DNA of 23,970 nucleotides from a virus (Duplodnaviria; Heunggongvirae; Uroviricota; Caudoviricetes): IMG/VR virus record IMGVR_UViG_2681813429_000002; one strand, 5' to 3'. Shown piece by piece: positions 17,609 to 23,970 of this stretch (position 1 is its first letter; each line of letters starts with the position of its first letter). The notes under the pieces were generated by a model. It saw only the letters and a program-made list of their open reading frames with translations, ran no database searches and was not told where the DNA came from. The position numbers and the translations under genes were made by a program.

Positions 17609-19270
17609 TTATATGAAAAAAACCGCATATTCTTTCTTTTTCGGTTCCGGGTTAAGGGACATCAGGGAGACCGCATTGAACAGCGCCATCAGCGGGTCAA
17701 TTTTTCCCCGTCCACTGGCCTGTTTGGTGATAAGAATGGCGTTACCTTTAGGCTCCACCCGGGCATTGCCGACACACCAGGCCATCAGGGGCTGGTCACC
17801 ATGCACCAGCACCCCTTCAGCCAGTTTGCGCTCGGTGGTTTTAATGGCCCCGCCCAGTTTCCAGCCCTGGCTTATCCCCACCACAATTCCGTCGGGGATC
17901 CCGGCTTCCGCCAGTGAATCCAGAATCTGCCCCACCCCTGACGGGTCAATACCGATATGGTCCAGTAACTCAGCCTCATGAATGCGACGCACATATTCCG
18001 CCACTTCCGCCGTGTCATCCCCGACACGCCGGACAATGGTCATATCTCCACAGGCAACAAGATCCTGAAACCGGGACGCCTCGCTCTTCCGTCGGACCAC
18101 CGCGGTTTCATGCGCCCAGGCATGGCCCCAGCCCAGCCATTCGCGGGTCTCCCGGTCACGCCCAATCACATACATCCCCAGCAGATCATCCAGCCCTCCG
18201 CCGTCAATCCCCACCGTCACCACATCAGCACGACGCAGGATATCGTCCAGGCTGATACAACGGCCCTGCTCTTCCCAGAAATCAGCCCCCGCCCAGCGGT
18301 CAGAGCGCAGGGCAAGACCAATTTCCACATTGGCGTGTTTTGACATGAACCCCCGGAATGTCTCTTCACCGGCTTCCCGGGCTTTACGGTACTCCCGGTA
18401 CAGAAAGGCCTCATCCACTGAATAGCCGAGATTCGGATTGACCATGGCGAGGTTTTCCATCAGCAGGTTAGTCCCGCTTTCCACCATTTCAGGAGGGTGT
18501 TCAAATATCACCGGCAGAAAGTGCGGATCATGAATTTTGCCGTCGCGCACATCCCGGGCGTACTGCAGTTTCTGTCTGAACACCCCGGCGGGCGGTTCAT
18601 TCGACTGGGTGGTCGTATACACCACAAACCCTTCCGGGCGGGAGGCAAGGCCGCCTATGGCTTCACGTAACATGTCCTCCGCCTTGCACTGCTTGCCAAA
18701 CAGCCACAACTCATCAATCAGCGTACCCACGGACTTGATACCGGACACCGTATTCGGATCGGCTGCCACCACCTTCAGGGTGGTGTCCGTCACTCGGTGG
18801 GTGATGGTCCGGATATGGGTCTGTACCTGGCAGAGGTCATCCAGATCATCGTCACGTCGTACCATATCCCGGGCAGGGTTGAAGGCGTTGGCCGCCACCT
18901 CCACAGTCGGGGCCAGAATCGTGTAACCCGCCGCCTGCCGCCAGTTCAGTAACAGTGCAGTCATCATGATCCCCGCGGCCAGCGTGGACTTCGAGTTTTT
19001 CTTGGGGATAAGGATAAAAACTTCCTTGATATGGCGTACACCGGTCTGCGCATCGTAGGAGCCAAACAGGGCCGCCACCAGGTCAAACACCCACGGTGCA
19101 CAGGACTCCCCGAACGTAGGGCTACCAGGTGCATCCACAATCCGCAGTTGTTTAAAAATCGCCAGGGCATGTGCGGCCTCGTCCGGATAAATCGGATCCG
19201 GAATAATCGACAGCCCCTTTTTCAGGCGCTCTGCCCAGTCCGGGCAGGCTGTGCTCCATACAGGTATCAT
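17609..19270 (-). CDS. Terminase large subunit (553 aa)
   Basis: ATPase-like motif (FILIPKKNSKSTLAAG) and nuclease-domain motif (VGIDGGGLDDL). Start overlaps the terS stop. Confidence 0.9.
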   Translation of the reverse strand: MIPVWSTACPDWAERLKKGLSIIPDPIYPDEAAHALAIFKQLRIVDAPGSPTFGESCAPWVFDLVAALFGSYDAQTGVRHIKEVFILIPKKNSKSTLAAGIMMTALLLNWRQAAGYTILAPTVEVAANAFNPARDMVRRDDDLDDLCQVQTHIRTITHRVTDTTLKVVAADPNTVSGIKSVGTLIDELWLFGKQCKAEDMLREAIGGLASRPEGFVVYTTTQSNEPPAGVFRQKLQYARDVRDGKIHDPHFLPVIFEHPPEMVESGTNLLMENLAMVNPNLGYSVDEAFLYREYRKAREAGEETFRGFMSKHANVEIGLALRSDRWAGADFWEEQGRCISLDDILRRADVVTVGIDGGGLDDLLGMYVIGRDRETREWLGWGHAWAHETAVVRRKSEASRFQDLVACGDMTIVRRVGDDTAEVAEYVRRIHEAELLDHIGIDPSGVGQILDSLAEAGIPDGIVVGISQGWKLGGAIKTTERKLAEGVLVHGDQPLMAWCVGNARVEPKGNAILITKQASGRGKIDPLMALFNAVSLMSLNPEPKKKEYAVFFI

Positions 19271-19830
19271 CCGTTGCCCTCATTATCGTTATTCACCACC
19301 AGTCGGGGGGGCGGTGGCACCGCAAAACGGTTAGCCGCTTTTTTCGCGGCATCACCTTTTGCCGATTTTTTCCCGGTATCCCCTTTTTTATGGTGCGTGA
19401 ACTGCGCCAGACGCCAGGCCGCATCCAGTGCCAGTTTCGGATCAATGCAGAGGTTTTCCACCAGGATCCGCCCCATGGCTTTCACCGGATCGGGAAGACC
19501 ATCCTCCATATATTCAATACCAGGAGACATCACCGCGGACGGTGGCATCTCCAGATTGTTTTCGTCCGGCTGTGGTATTGCAGCCGCCTCACGGCGACGG
19601 GGTTTATCCTCCTGCTCTGATTTTTTCTGCCGGTAAACAGGAACCTCATCCACCTCCACCGTCTCGCATTGTTTACGGGCTATAAACGCAAGCACCTCAG
19701 GATCTTTTGCCAGCTGCGAGCCTTTAACCCTGGCGGTCTTCGCCGAATAACCGGCGGCAATGGCTGACGCTGTTTTGTTTTTCCCGGACATGAGCGCCAG
19801 CGCAAATTTTCGTTTTTGCGTTGTCAGCAC
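19267..19830 (-). CDS. Terminase small subunit, P27-family-like (187 aa), GTG start
   Basis: N-terminus (M)LTTQKRKFALALMSGKNKTASAIAAGYSAKTA resembles P27-family small terminases. SD GGAGGAGG precedes the GTG at 19828-19830. Confidence 0.75.
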   Translation of the reverse strand: MLTTQKRKFALALMSGKNKTASAIAAGYSAKTARVKGSQLAKDPEVLAFIARKQCETVEVDEVPVYRQKKSEQEDKPRRREAAAIPQPDENNLEMPPSAVMSPGIEYMEDGLPDPVKAMGRILVENLCIDPKLALDAAWRLAQFTHHKKGDTGKKSAKGDAAKKAANRFAVPPPPRLVVNNDNEGNG

Positions 19831-19894
19831 AGCCTCCTCCCGGGTCCAGAACGCACTCAGCCGGGTATGGTTCAGCCCATTTTTCCCGGCGTCT

Positions 19895-20035
19895 CATGCC
19901 GCAAATGTTAACTGCTGCCTGGTTAACATTTGCTGAAAAAGCCTGTTAACATTTTTTCCGCACAACAAACTGAATAATAAAGATAAAAACCGCAAAAATG
20001 CCCGGGCAGCCAGTTAACATGTTAACTGCCCTGAA
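19895..20035. other. Putative packaging-initiation (cos-like) region with repeated GTTAACAT palindromic motifs
   Basis: GCAAATGTTAAC and its exact inverse GTTAACATTTGC separated by 9 bp, a third GTTAACATTTT, and a perfect 14-bp palindrome GTTAACATGTTAAC, in the non-coding interval between the HNH endonuclease and terS. Confidence 0.35.
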
Positions 20036-20120
20036 ACGGGAATTTTTTCTCTGCGTGAGAGGGGGCGCGGTGTCCAAAGCGATCGTTTTTTACGCCGGAT
20101 GATACCCCCCCCGGGTTGGG

Positions 20121-20486
20121 TTACAGTCCGATGATGTCGTCCTCTCTGCCACTACCTCCGGACACCTCCGGCAGCGTCGGGTCCGGCATACCACTCGCCG
20201 CTTCACGAGCAGACTTTTGTCGATGGCATTCGGCACAGAGCGTCCAAAGATTCGTCTCCTCATTACCACCACCGAACTGAAGTGCAATTCGGTGATCGAG
20301 TTCACTGTCACAGAGGTCAACCACACGACCACAGATACAGCACTGCCCGGCGTCCCTCAGCCAGATATGACGCTTGAGGGAAACACGTGCACTGCCACTG
20401 ACACGACGCTGCTCCCCCTTCAGAATATTCACCCGTCGGGTATTCAGTGTTTTGATTCTGCTCTGGAGTGTACGAAGCTCAGCCAT
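20121..20486 (-). CDS. HNH endonuclease (121 aa), packaging-associated
   Basis: Cys/His motif CCICGRVVDLCDSELDHRIALQFGGGNEETNLWTLCAECHRQK. Position directly upstream of terS, as in HK97-like cos phages. Confidence 0.85.
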   Translation of the reverse strand: MAELRTLQSRIKTLNTRRVNILKGEQRRVSGSARVSLKRHIWLRDAGQCCICGRVVDLCDSELDHRIALQFGGGNEETNLWTLCAECHRQKSAREAASGMPDPTLPEVSGGSGREDDIIGL

Positions 20487-20527
20487 GTAAAATCCCCGTC
20501 ATATGGCAATCAGTAAAGGAAATAAAT

Positions 20528-20728
20528 ATGTCATCGAAAAACCGGACCCGCAGAACCACAACCCGCAATATCCGTTTCCCCAATCACATAATTGAACAGA
20601 TCAACATCGCCCTTGAGCATAAAGGGTCCGGTAACTTTTCAGCGTGGGTTATTGAAGCCTGCAGGAGAAGGCTGGCAACAGATGCAACGCATCTGCGCCC
20701 GGCCAGCATGACAAATAACGAGAAATGA
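20528..20728 (+). CDS. Small basic protein with a ribbon-helix-helix-like N-terminus (66 aa); function unknown
   Basis: ATG at 20528 with SD AAGGA 8 nt upstream. Sequence MSSKNRTRRTTTRNIRFPNHIIEQINIALEHKGSGNFSAWVIEACRRRL has a beta-strand then helix pattern typical of RHH/CopG folds. Opposite strand to the late operon. Confidence 0.55.
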   Translation: MSSKNRTRRTTTRNIRFPNHIIEQINIALEHKGSGNFSAWVIEACRRRLATDATHLRPASMTNNEK

Positions 20729-20926
20729 ACGTTCGGTTTCTTCCACCATCGCACCGGACAGGCGACTATGAGGGGACAACGCCGCGCTCCGTTAACGCGG
20801 TAAACCCCGGTGTGTATCGTTTTTGATTATCCCCGCACACTCGCGCAGAGGAGTCTCCCTGTCGGGCTGCGGTCTCTGTTAATGCAGGAATACGGCGACA
20901 ATACCGCGCATGGATAATAAGGTCGC

Positions 20927-21142
20927 TCAACACACTGGCTGTAATACCATGCGGCATTTAGCGGCATTCATCGTACACTCCACGGTTAGCTCTTCATTCG
21001 TGGCATTCACCTGAAAGGTCCGGGAGTGTAATTGCGTACATTTACCACTGAACGAACCTTCAACAAGAACACGACCACGCTGCAAAATACGGAACGGAAT
21101 TGTTCCCTGAAAAGGTTCTACGGTTACCCGTAATTTCTTCAT
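20927..21142 (-). CDS. Hypothetical Cys-containing protein (71 aa), translationally coupled to Rz
   Basis: ATG overlaps the Rz stop (ATGA). SD GGAGG lies within the Rz 3' end. No family recognised. Confidence 0.5.
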   Translation of the reverse strand: MKKLRVTVEPFQGTIPFRILQRGRVLVEGSFSGKCTQLHSRTFQVNATNEELTVECTMNAAKCRMVLQPVC

Positions 21143-21633
21143 GTATCCTCCGGATAATAAAAAGCCAGCTTAGTGCACTGAGTGCGGATATATTCCTGCG
21201 CCCCTTCCAGCTGCTTCTGCATTGTCATCAACCGTTCTCTGAGGATGAAATAATCCCGTTCAGCGGTGTCTGCCAGTCGGGGGCCGGTTGCATTATCCAC
21301 GCTGGAGGTGCCGGTGGCTTCACGCACGGTACCGGGGCAGGTGGCGTTGACCCGCAGGCGCTTACGACCAGCGGCAACATCAGCGCGCAGAGTTTCATTT
21401 TCAGCTCTCGCATCGGCTAATTCCTTCGTGTATCTGGCATCAAGCGCAGCGACATCTCGCTGGCGCTGCTGCATGTCAGTAATAGTGGCATTCGCCAGTT
21501 TCAGCTCACTGACTTTTTTATCGCGCTGCGCTTTGTAGGTGATGGCGTTATCGCGGTAATGATTCAGCCCCAGACTAAGCACACCACAGGCTACCAGCAT
21601 GACAATAATCACCACACACAGAACACGGTTCAT
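21139..21633 (-). CDS. Rz: Inner-membrane spanin Rz (164 aa) with a C-terminal extension relative to lambda Rz
   Basis: Start moved to ATG 21631-21633 ([17 protein letters not shown]...). Strong similarity to lambda Rz ([16 protein letters not shown]...[23 protein letters not shown]). The 192-aa track ORF extends upstream in frame. Confidence 0.85.
   Translation of the reverse strand: MNRVLCVVIIVMLVACGVLSLGLNHYRDNAITYKAQRDKKVSELKLANATITDMQQRQRDVAALDARYTKELADARAENETLRADVAAGRKRLRVNATCPGTVREATGTSSVDNATGPRLADTAERDYFILRERLMTMQKQLEGAQEYIRTQCTKLAFYYPEDT
21228..21413 (-). CDS. Rz1: Outer-membrane lipoprotein spanin Rz1, embedded in Rz in the +1 frame (61 aa)
   Basis: [20 protein letters not shown] with a lipobox, then a Pro-rich segment [26 protein letters not shown], closely matching lambda Rz1. 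Confidence 0.8.
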   Translation of the reverse strand: MRELKMKLCALMLPLVVSACGSTPPAPVPCVKPPAPPAWIMQPAPDWQTPLNGIISSSENG

Positions 21634-21634
21634 A

Positions 21635-21721
21635 TCACCACCAACGGATTGCCCAGACCAGAACAGCAATGGCCACAATACGAATGGCAAATGCCATTGC
21701 CCGAATAAGTTCAGCACTCAT
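21635..21721 (-). CDS. Small hydrophobic ORF D (28 aa): [28 protein letters not shown]
   Basis: ATG at 21719-21721. Stop TGA overlaps the Rz start context (TGA-T-ATG). One predicted TM helix. Paralogous to ORF C. Not in the ORF track because of its length. Confidence 0.4.
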   Translation of the reverse strand: MSAELIRAMAFAIRIVAIAVLVWAIRWW

Positions 21722-21732
21722 CTTTTTAAAGT

Positions 21733-21855
21733 TCACGATTTCAGCGCAATGACCAGTTTTGCCAGCCCATACAGCATCGGAGACACAGCAATACCAACAG
21801 CCACCCACTTAATAGCAAAAGCCAGCGCTCTGCTGATGTCATCAGTCACTGTCAC
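21733..21855 (-). CDS. Small hydrophobic ORF C (40 aa, GTG start): (M)TVTDDISRALAFAIKWVAVGIAVSPMLYGLAKLVIALKS
   Basis: GTG start overlaps the ORF B stop (GTGA). Shares about 10 of 19 core residues with ORF D. This is the C-terminal part of track ORF 21733..22005. Confidence 0.4.
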   Translation of the reverse strand: MTVTDDISRALAFAIKWVAVGIAVSPMLYGLAKLVIALKS

Positions 21856-21983
21856 CCCAGCAGCCCCGACGAAGACAACATCACCCAGGCGAGGGACAGA
21901 AAAAGAGCAACCAGCATTAGTGAAAATGAAATACCGACAATCACACACAGGACCTTTGCCGGCGTTATGAGTTTGTCTGACAT
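21852..21983 (-). CDS. Small hydrophobic ORF B (43 aa): MSDKLITPAKVLCVIVGISFSLMLVALFLSLAWVMLSSSGLLG
   Basis: ATG at 21981-21983 with SD AAGGGG 5 nt upstream, 2 nt after the ORF A stop. One predicted TM helix. Confidence 0.45.
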   Translation of the reverse strand: MSDKLITPAKVLCVIVGISFSLMLVALFLSLAWVMLSSSGLLG

Positions 21984-21985
21984 AG

Positions 21986-22081
21986 CTACCCCTTAATTGC
22001 CACAATTAACTGGGATACTACCCATAAAAAAGGGATGCTCCAGACCAGCAAAAATTTCCAGTTTGGTAATTGACTAATCAT
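21986..22081 (-). CDS. Small hydrophobic ORF A (31 aa): MISQLPNWKFLLVWSIPFLWVVSQLIVAIKG
   Basis: ATG at 22079-22081 with SD AGGGAG 9 nt upstream. An alternative TTG start after GGGAGG would give 44 aa. The track's 70-aa GTG-started version runs through the terminator hairpin and is not favoured. Confidence 0.4.
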   Translation of the reverse strand: MISQLPNWKFLLVWSIPFLWVVSQLIVAIKG

Positions 22082-22146
22082 GAGTCGCAACTCCCTAATC
22101 AGTTTGCTAAAATCAATCAAGGCAGCCTCCCATAGCTTACTGCCAT

Positions 22147-22195
22147 AAAAACAAAACCCCGCTTGCTGCCAACAAACGGGGTTTTTACTTTTATT
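22147..22195. terminator. Bidirectional hairpin terminator downstream of the endolysin gene
   Basis: 9-bp stem AAAACCCCG / CGGGGTTTT (22153-22161 and 22177-22185) with a 15-nt loop, flanked by an A-run on one side and a T-run on the other. Confidence 0.5.
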
Positions 22196-22275
22196 CACTT
22201 AGGTTTTGCCAGTTCACAGGACTTCGTGTTATCCGCCCGCGTTGGCCAACCTCATTTTTCAGCAAAATATTCTGC

Positions 22276-22809
22276 TTATCTGTCGATTCCCCAGCACGCC
22301 AGCGCGCTCTCCTGGTCACGACGGAATACCTGACCGTAACAGTTATTTGAGCGAATACGGCAGTCTCTGCCACCGTCCTTAATCCACCAGCGAATCGCTT
22401 CGCATGCTCCCCTGCGATCACCTGCATTAATTCGTCTGTAAAACGTCGACGGGAAACACTTACCGGGACCAATGTTGTACGGACAGAATGACGCGATCCC
22501 CGCTTTCTGGGGTTCGGTCAATGGCACTTTGATGTTTTTCTCCACCCATGCCAGCGCCTTATCACGCTCAATGGCGTTAACCCGGTCGCATTTTTCCTTC
22601 GACAACTTCATGCCCGGAACGACAGGTTTGCCATCCACCAGGATGGCACCGCGGCAGATGGTCCAGATACCCGCGCCATCACGGTATGCCGTGGTGTGGT
22701 TACCTTCCTTTTCATCCAGAAACTGGTCGAGAATGTCAGGCGCAGGCGCACCAGCGGCAATCAGCGCCAGAACGGCAGCCGACAGGCCGTATCTGATTTT
22801 TGCGTTCAT
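22276..22809 (-). CDS. R: SAR endolysin (T4-lysozyme-like muramidase with an N-terminal signal-anchor-release segment), 177 aa
   Basis: N-terminal weakly hydrophobic Ala/Gly-rich segment YGLSAAVLALIAAGAPAP. Catalytic Glu, Asp and Thr spaced as in T4 lysozyme (EGNHTTAYRDGAGIWT). No obvious SD before the ATG at 22807-22809. Confidence 0.85.
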   Translation of the reverse strand: MNAKIRYGLSAAVLALIAAGAPAPDILDQFLDEKEGNHTTAYRDGAGIWTICRGAILVDGKPVVPGMKLSKEKCDRVNAIERDKALAWVEKNIKVPLTEPQKAGIASFCPYNIGPGKCFPSTFYRRINAGDRRGACEAIRWWIKDGGRDCRIRSNNCYGQVFRRDQESALACWGIDR

Positions 22810-22914
22810 GGATATTTATCAGGATTTATCGGTTTCTGAGCCCTGGATATGTTTATCAGTTCCAGCCTGTTGCCTCAGGCTGCTAACAGGTCAATACAAT
22901 CATGAGGATTATTT

Positions 22915-23187
22915 ATGGACAATAACACCATTTCTCTACAGGAGTTGCTCGACAGCATTTCCAGGCTTCGGGAAGACGTGAATACCCTTACCGTCGCCTT
23001 CTCATATCTGGCATTCTCAATTCCAAGGGAACAGATGCAATCAACGCTGGCATCAATCCAGTTTGAATCATGCAATCCCAAATGGTCTCAGGAACAACAA
23101 GACTCTTTCAGGCGGCTTGCTGTATTACTGGATGAAAAATATGCTGGTAAAATTACCATTTCGGCGGACTCTTCAGAGAACCCGTAA
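22915..23187 (+). CDS. Hypothetical acidic protein (90 aa), opposite orientation inside the lysis cassette
   Basis: ATG at 22915 with SD GAGGA 6 nt upstream. Its 3' end overlaps the 3' end of the convergent DUF1327-like gene by about 35 nt. No family recognised. Confidence 0.5.
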   Translation: MDNNTISLQELLDSISRLREDVNTLTVAFSYLAFSIPREQMQSTLASIQFESCNPKWSQEQQDSFRRLAVLLDEKYAGKITISADSSENP

Positions 23188-23497
23188 TTATTCCCGGTAG
23201 TTTTCCTCTGTAGGTTATCAACACATCCTGCGCCTCTAAAATTACGGGGCGCTTTTCCGGCGACTGCTCATCCCCTTCACATAACCCGGCAGCAACATCC
23301 AGGAAGACCTGTCTGATGCTCCTTCTGGCTGCTGCCTCATAAAACTCCAGCGCGGCACCTTCAACACGGTCCAGCGAGATGTCCAGGTCAAAAATTTCAC
23401 CGTCAAAGCGTTTTTTGTCCCGTAACGCTAAAGTTACCGTAACTTTATTCTCAAAATTGCGGATCCCTTTCACAATCAGTTCATAGTTTTGAGTCAT
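23153..23497 (-). CDS. DUF1327-like (YdfR-like) protein between holin and endolysin (114 aa)
   Basis: N-terminal ~70 residues (MTQNYELIVKGIRNFENKVTVTLALRDKKRFDGEIFDLD...VEGAALEFYEAAARRS) resemble the family that occupies this position in some E. coli prophages; from memory, not verified. SD GGGGAGAG precedes the ATG. Confidence 0.55.
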   Translation of the reverse strand: MTQNYELIVKGIRNFENKVTVTLALRDKKRFDGEIFDLDISLDRVEGAALEFYEAAARRSIRQVFLDVAAGLCEGDEQSPEKRPVILEAQDVLITYRGKLPGIITGSLKSPPKW

Positions 23498-23501
23498 TGA
23501 A

Positions 23502-23717
23502 TTACTCTCCCCGTGCCGCCTTACGACGGTCCTCTCTGATTTTGAAATACAGGTTAGTCAGATATGTCAGCAGCCCAAACAGCAGACTCCCCAGCACGCC
23601 TATTGCCGCCCACTGAGACGGGGAAACCCTGTCCAGCAACTGCAGGAACCAGTAGCCCGTTCCCACCGCTGACGTGGTGTATGACACACCTGTTGTGATT
23701 TTTTCCATCTGGTACAT
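23502..23717 (-). CDS. S: Phage 21-type pinholin (71 aa) with dual-start motif M-Y-Q-M
   Basis: [71 protein letters not shown] closely resembles S21-family pinholins. Two in-frame ATGs (23715-23717 and 23706-23708) mirror the holin/antiholin dual start. SD GGGAGACGGGG is upstream. The track's 97-aa ORF is an in-frame upstream extension. Confidence 0.85.
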   Translation of the reverse strand: MYQMEKITTGVSYTTSAVGTGYWFLQLLDRVSPSQWAAIGVLGSLLFGLLTYLTNLYFKIREDRRKAARGE

Positions 23718-23751
23718 ACCCCGTCTCCCGTTATCCGGAAGCTGACAACAA

Positions 23752-23782
23752 TAAAAAAAGCCACCAGTTAAGTACTGATGGC
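23752..23782 (-). terminator. tR'-like intrinsic terminator upstream of the holin gene
   Basis: Minus strand reads GCCATCAG, loop TACTTAA, CTGGTGGC (8-bp stem with one G-U pair) followed by T7. Position corresponds to lambda tR' between pR' and S. Confidence 0.55.
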
Positions 23783-23867
23783 TCTGATAACTCATGCAGG
23801 CATCTCAGACGACCCACTGACACTACCGGTGAGTTTAACGATACCTTCCATTTGACTGGCTCACTTT

Positions 23868-23970
23868 TTATGATGATGCCGGTGCATTTATCTCCAGCAC
23901 CAGACTTTCTATCTCAACGCCATACGTTGCATTTTTGGTAATATCCGTCAGCGTCAGCGCATTCAGCCCC
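23868..23970 (-). CDS. Partial ORF entering from beyond the window end (C-terminal 33 codons); possibly the 3' end of the late antiterminator Q
   Basis: Open minus-strand frame ...GLNALTLTDITKNATYGVEIESLVLEINAPASS-stop, ending at 23868-23870. Identity is inferred from position only (upstream of the tR'-like terminator and holin). Confidence 0.25.
   Translation of the reverse strand, partial: GLNALTLTDITKNATYGVEIESLVLEINAPASS

Noticed and set aside
20729-20926. Possible tRNA or other structured RNA gene in the GC-rich tract
   Set aside because: No T-loop or anticodon-arm pattern could be recognised by eye and no promoter-terminator framing; left as an unexplained structured region (mentioned under the RHH finding).
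20766-20957. 63-aa minus-strand ORF
   Set aside because: No SD, overlaps the 71-aa ORF in another frame and has an Arg/Ala-rich composition; possibly a frameshifted continuation rather than an independent gene.
21733-22005. 90-aa ORF
   Set aside because: Its N-terminal two-thirds overlap ORF B in another frame; only the C-terminal 40 codons (ORF C) show paralogy to ORF D and translational coupling.
21986-22198. 70-aa GTG-started ORF
   Set aside because: Its N-terminal half runs through the bidirectional terminator hairpin at 22153-22185; an internal ATG with an SD gives a more plausible 31-aa product (ORF A).
23886-23917. Candidate late promoter pR' (TTGAGA ... ATAAAT on the minus strand)
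   Set aside because: Spacer would be 19-20 nt and the element sits inside the partial upstream ORF; too uncertain to annotate as a feature.
1-23970. Insertion sequences, transposases, integrase or attachment sites
   Set aside because: No transposase-like or integrase-like ORF and no terminal inverted repeats bounding a segment were found; the window lies wholly inside the late region.

Overview
The window is the late (lysis, packaging, head, tail) region of a lambdoid prophage or phage from an enterobacterial host, with essentially all late genes on the minus strand (the map is inverted relative to phage lambda). All protein identifications come from reading the supplied ORF translations against remembered family sequences and motifs; no database search was run. 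Reading right to left: a short partial ORF (possible Q 3' end), a tR'-like terminator, a phage 21-type pinholin with dual start, a DUF1327-like gene, a SAR endolysin, Rz/Rz1 spanins, an HNH endonuclease, a repeat-rich putative packaging site, small and large terminase, a single ORF fusing an HK97-type prohead protease to the major capsid protein, an HK97-family portal, four head-tail joining genes, major tail protein V, the G/G-T frameshift chaperone, tape measure H, M, L, K, I, host-specificity protein J and a truncated lom. Several things depart from this backbone and are the most interesting. First, four tightly coupled small single-TM ORFs sit between the endolysin and Rz. Second, the portal gene carries near-identical 162-bp in-frame tandem repeats, with a truncated final copy that shifts frame and detaches a 151-aa C-terminal ORF. 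Third, three plus-strand (antisense-to-late-operon) elements look like morons: a promoter-terminator unit between I and J (candidate sRNA), a small RHH-like gene, and a 90-aa gene inside the lysis cassette. Nearly identical hairpin terminators recur upstream of H and of the capsid gene. No rRNA, tRNA, CRISPR array or transposase was seen. Coordinates of non-ORF elements were counted by eye and may be off by a few bases.
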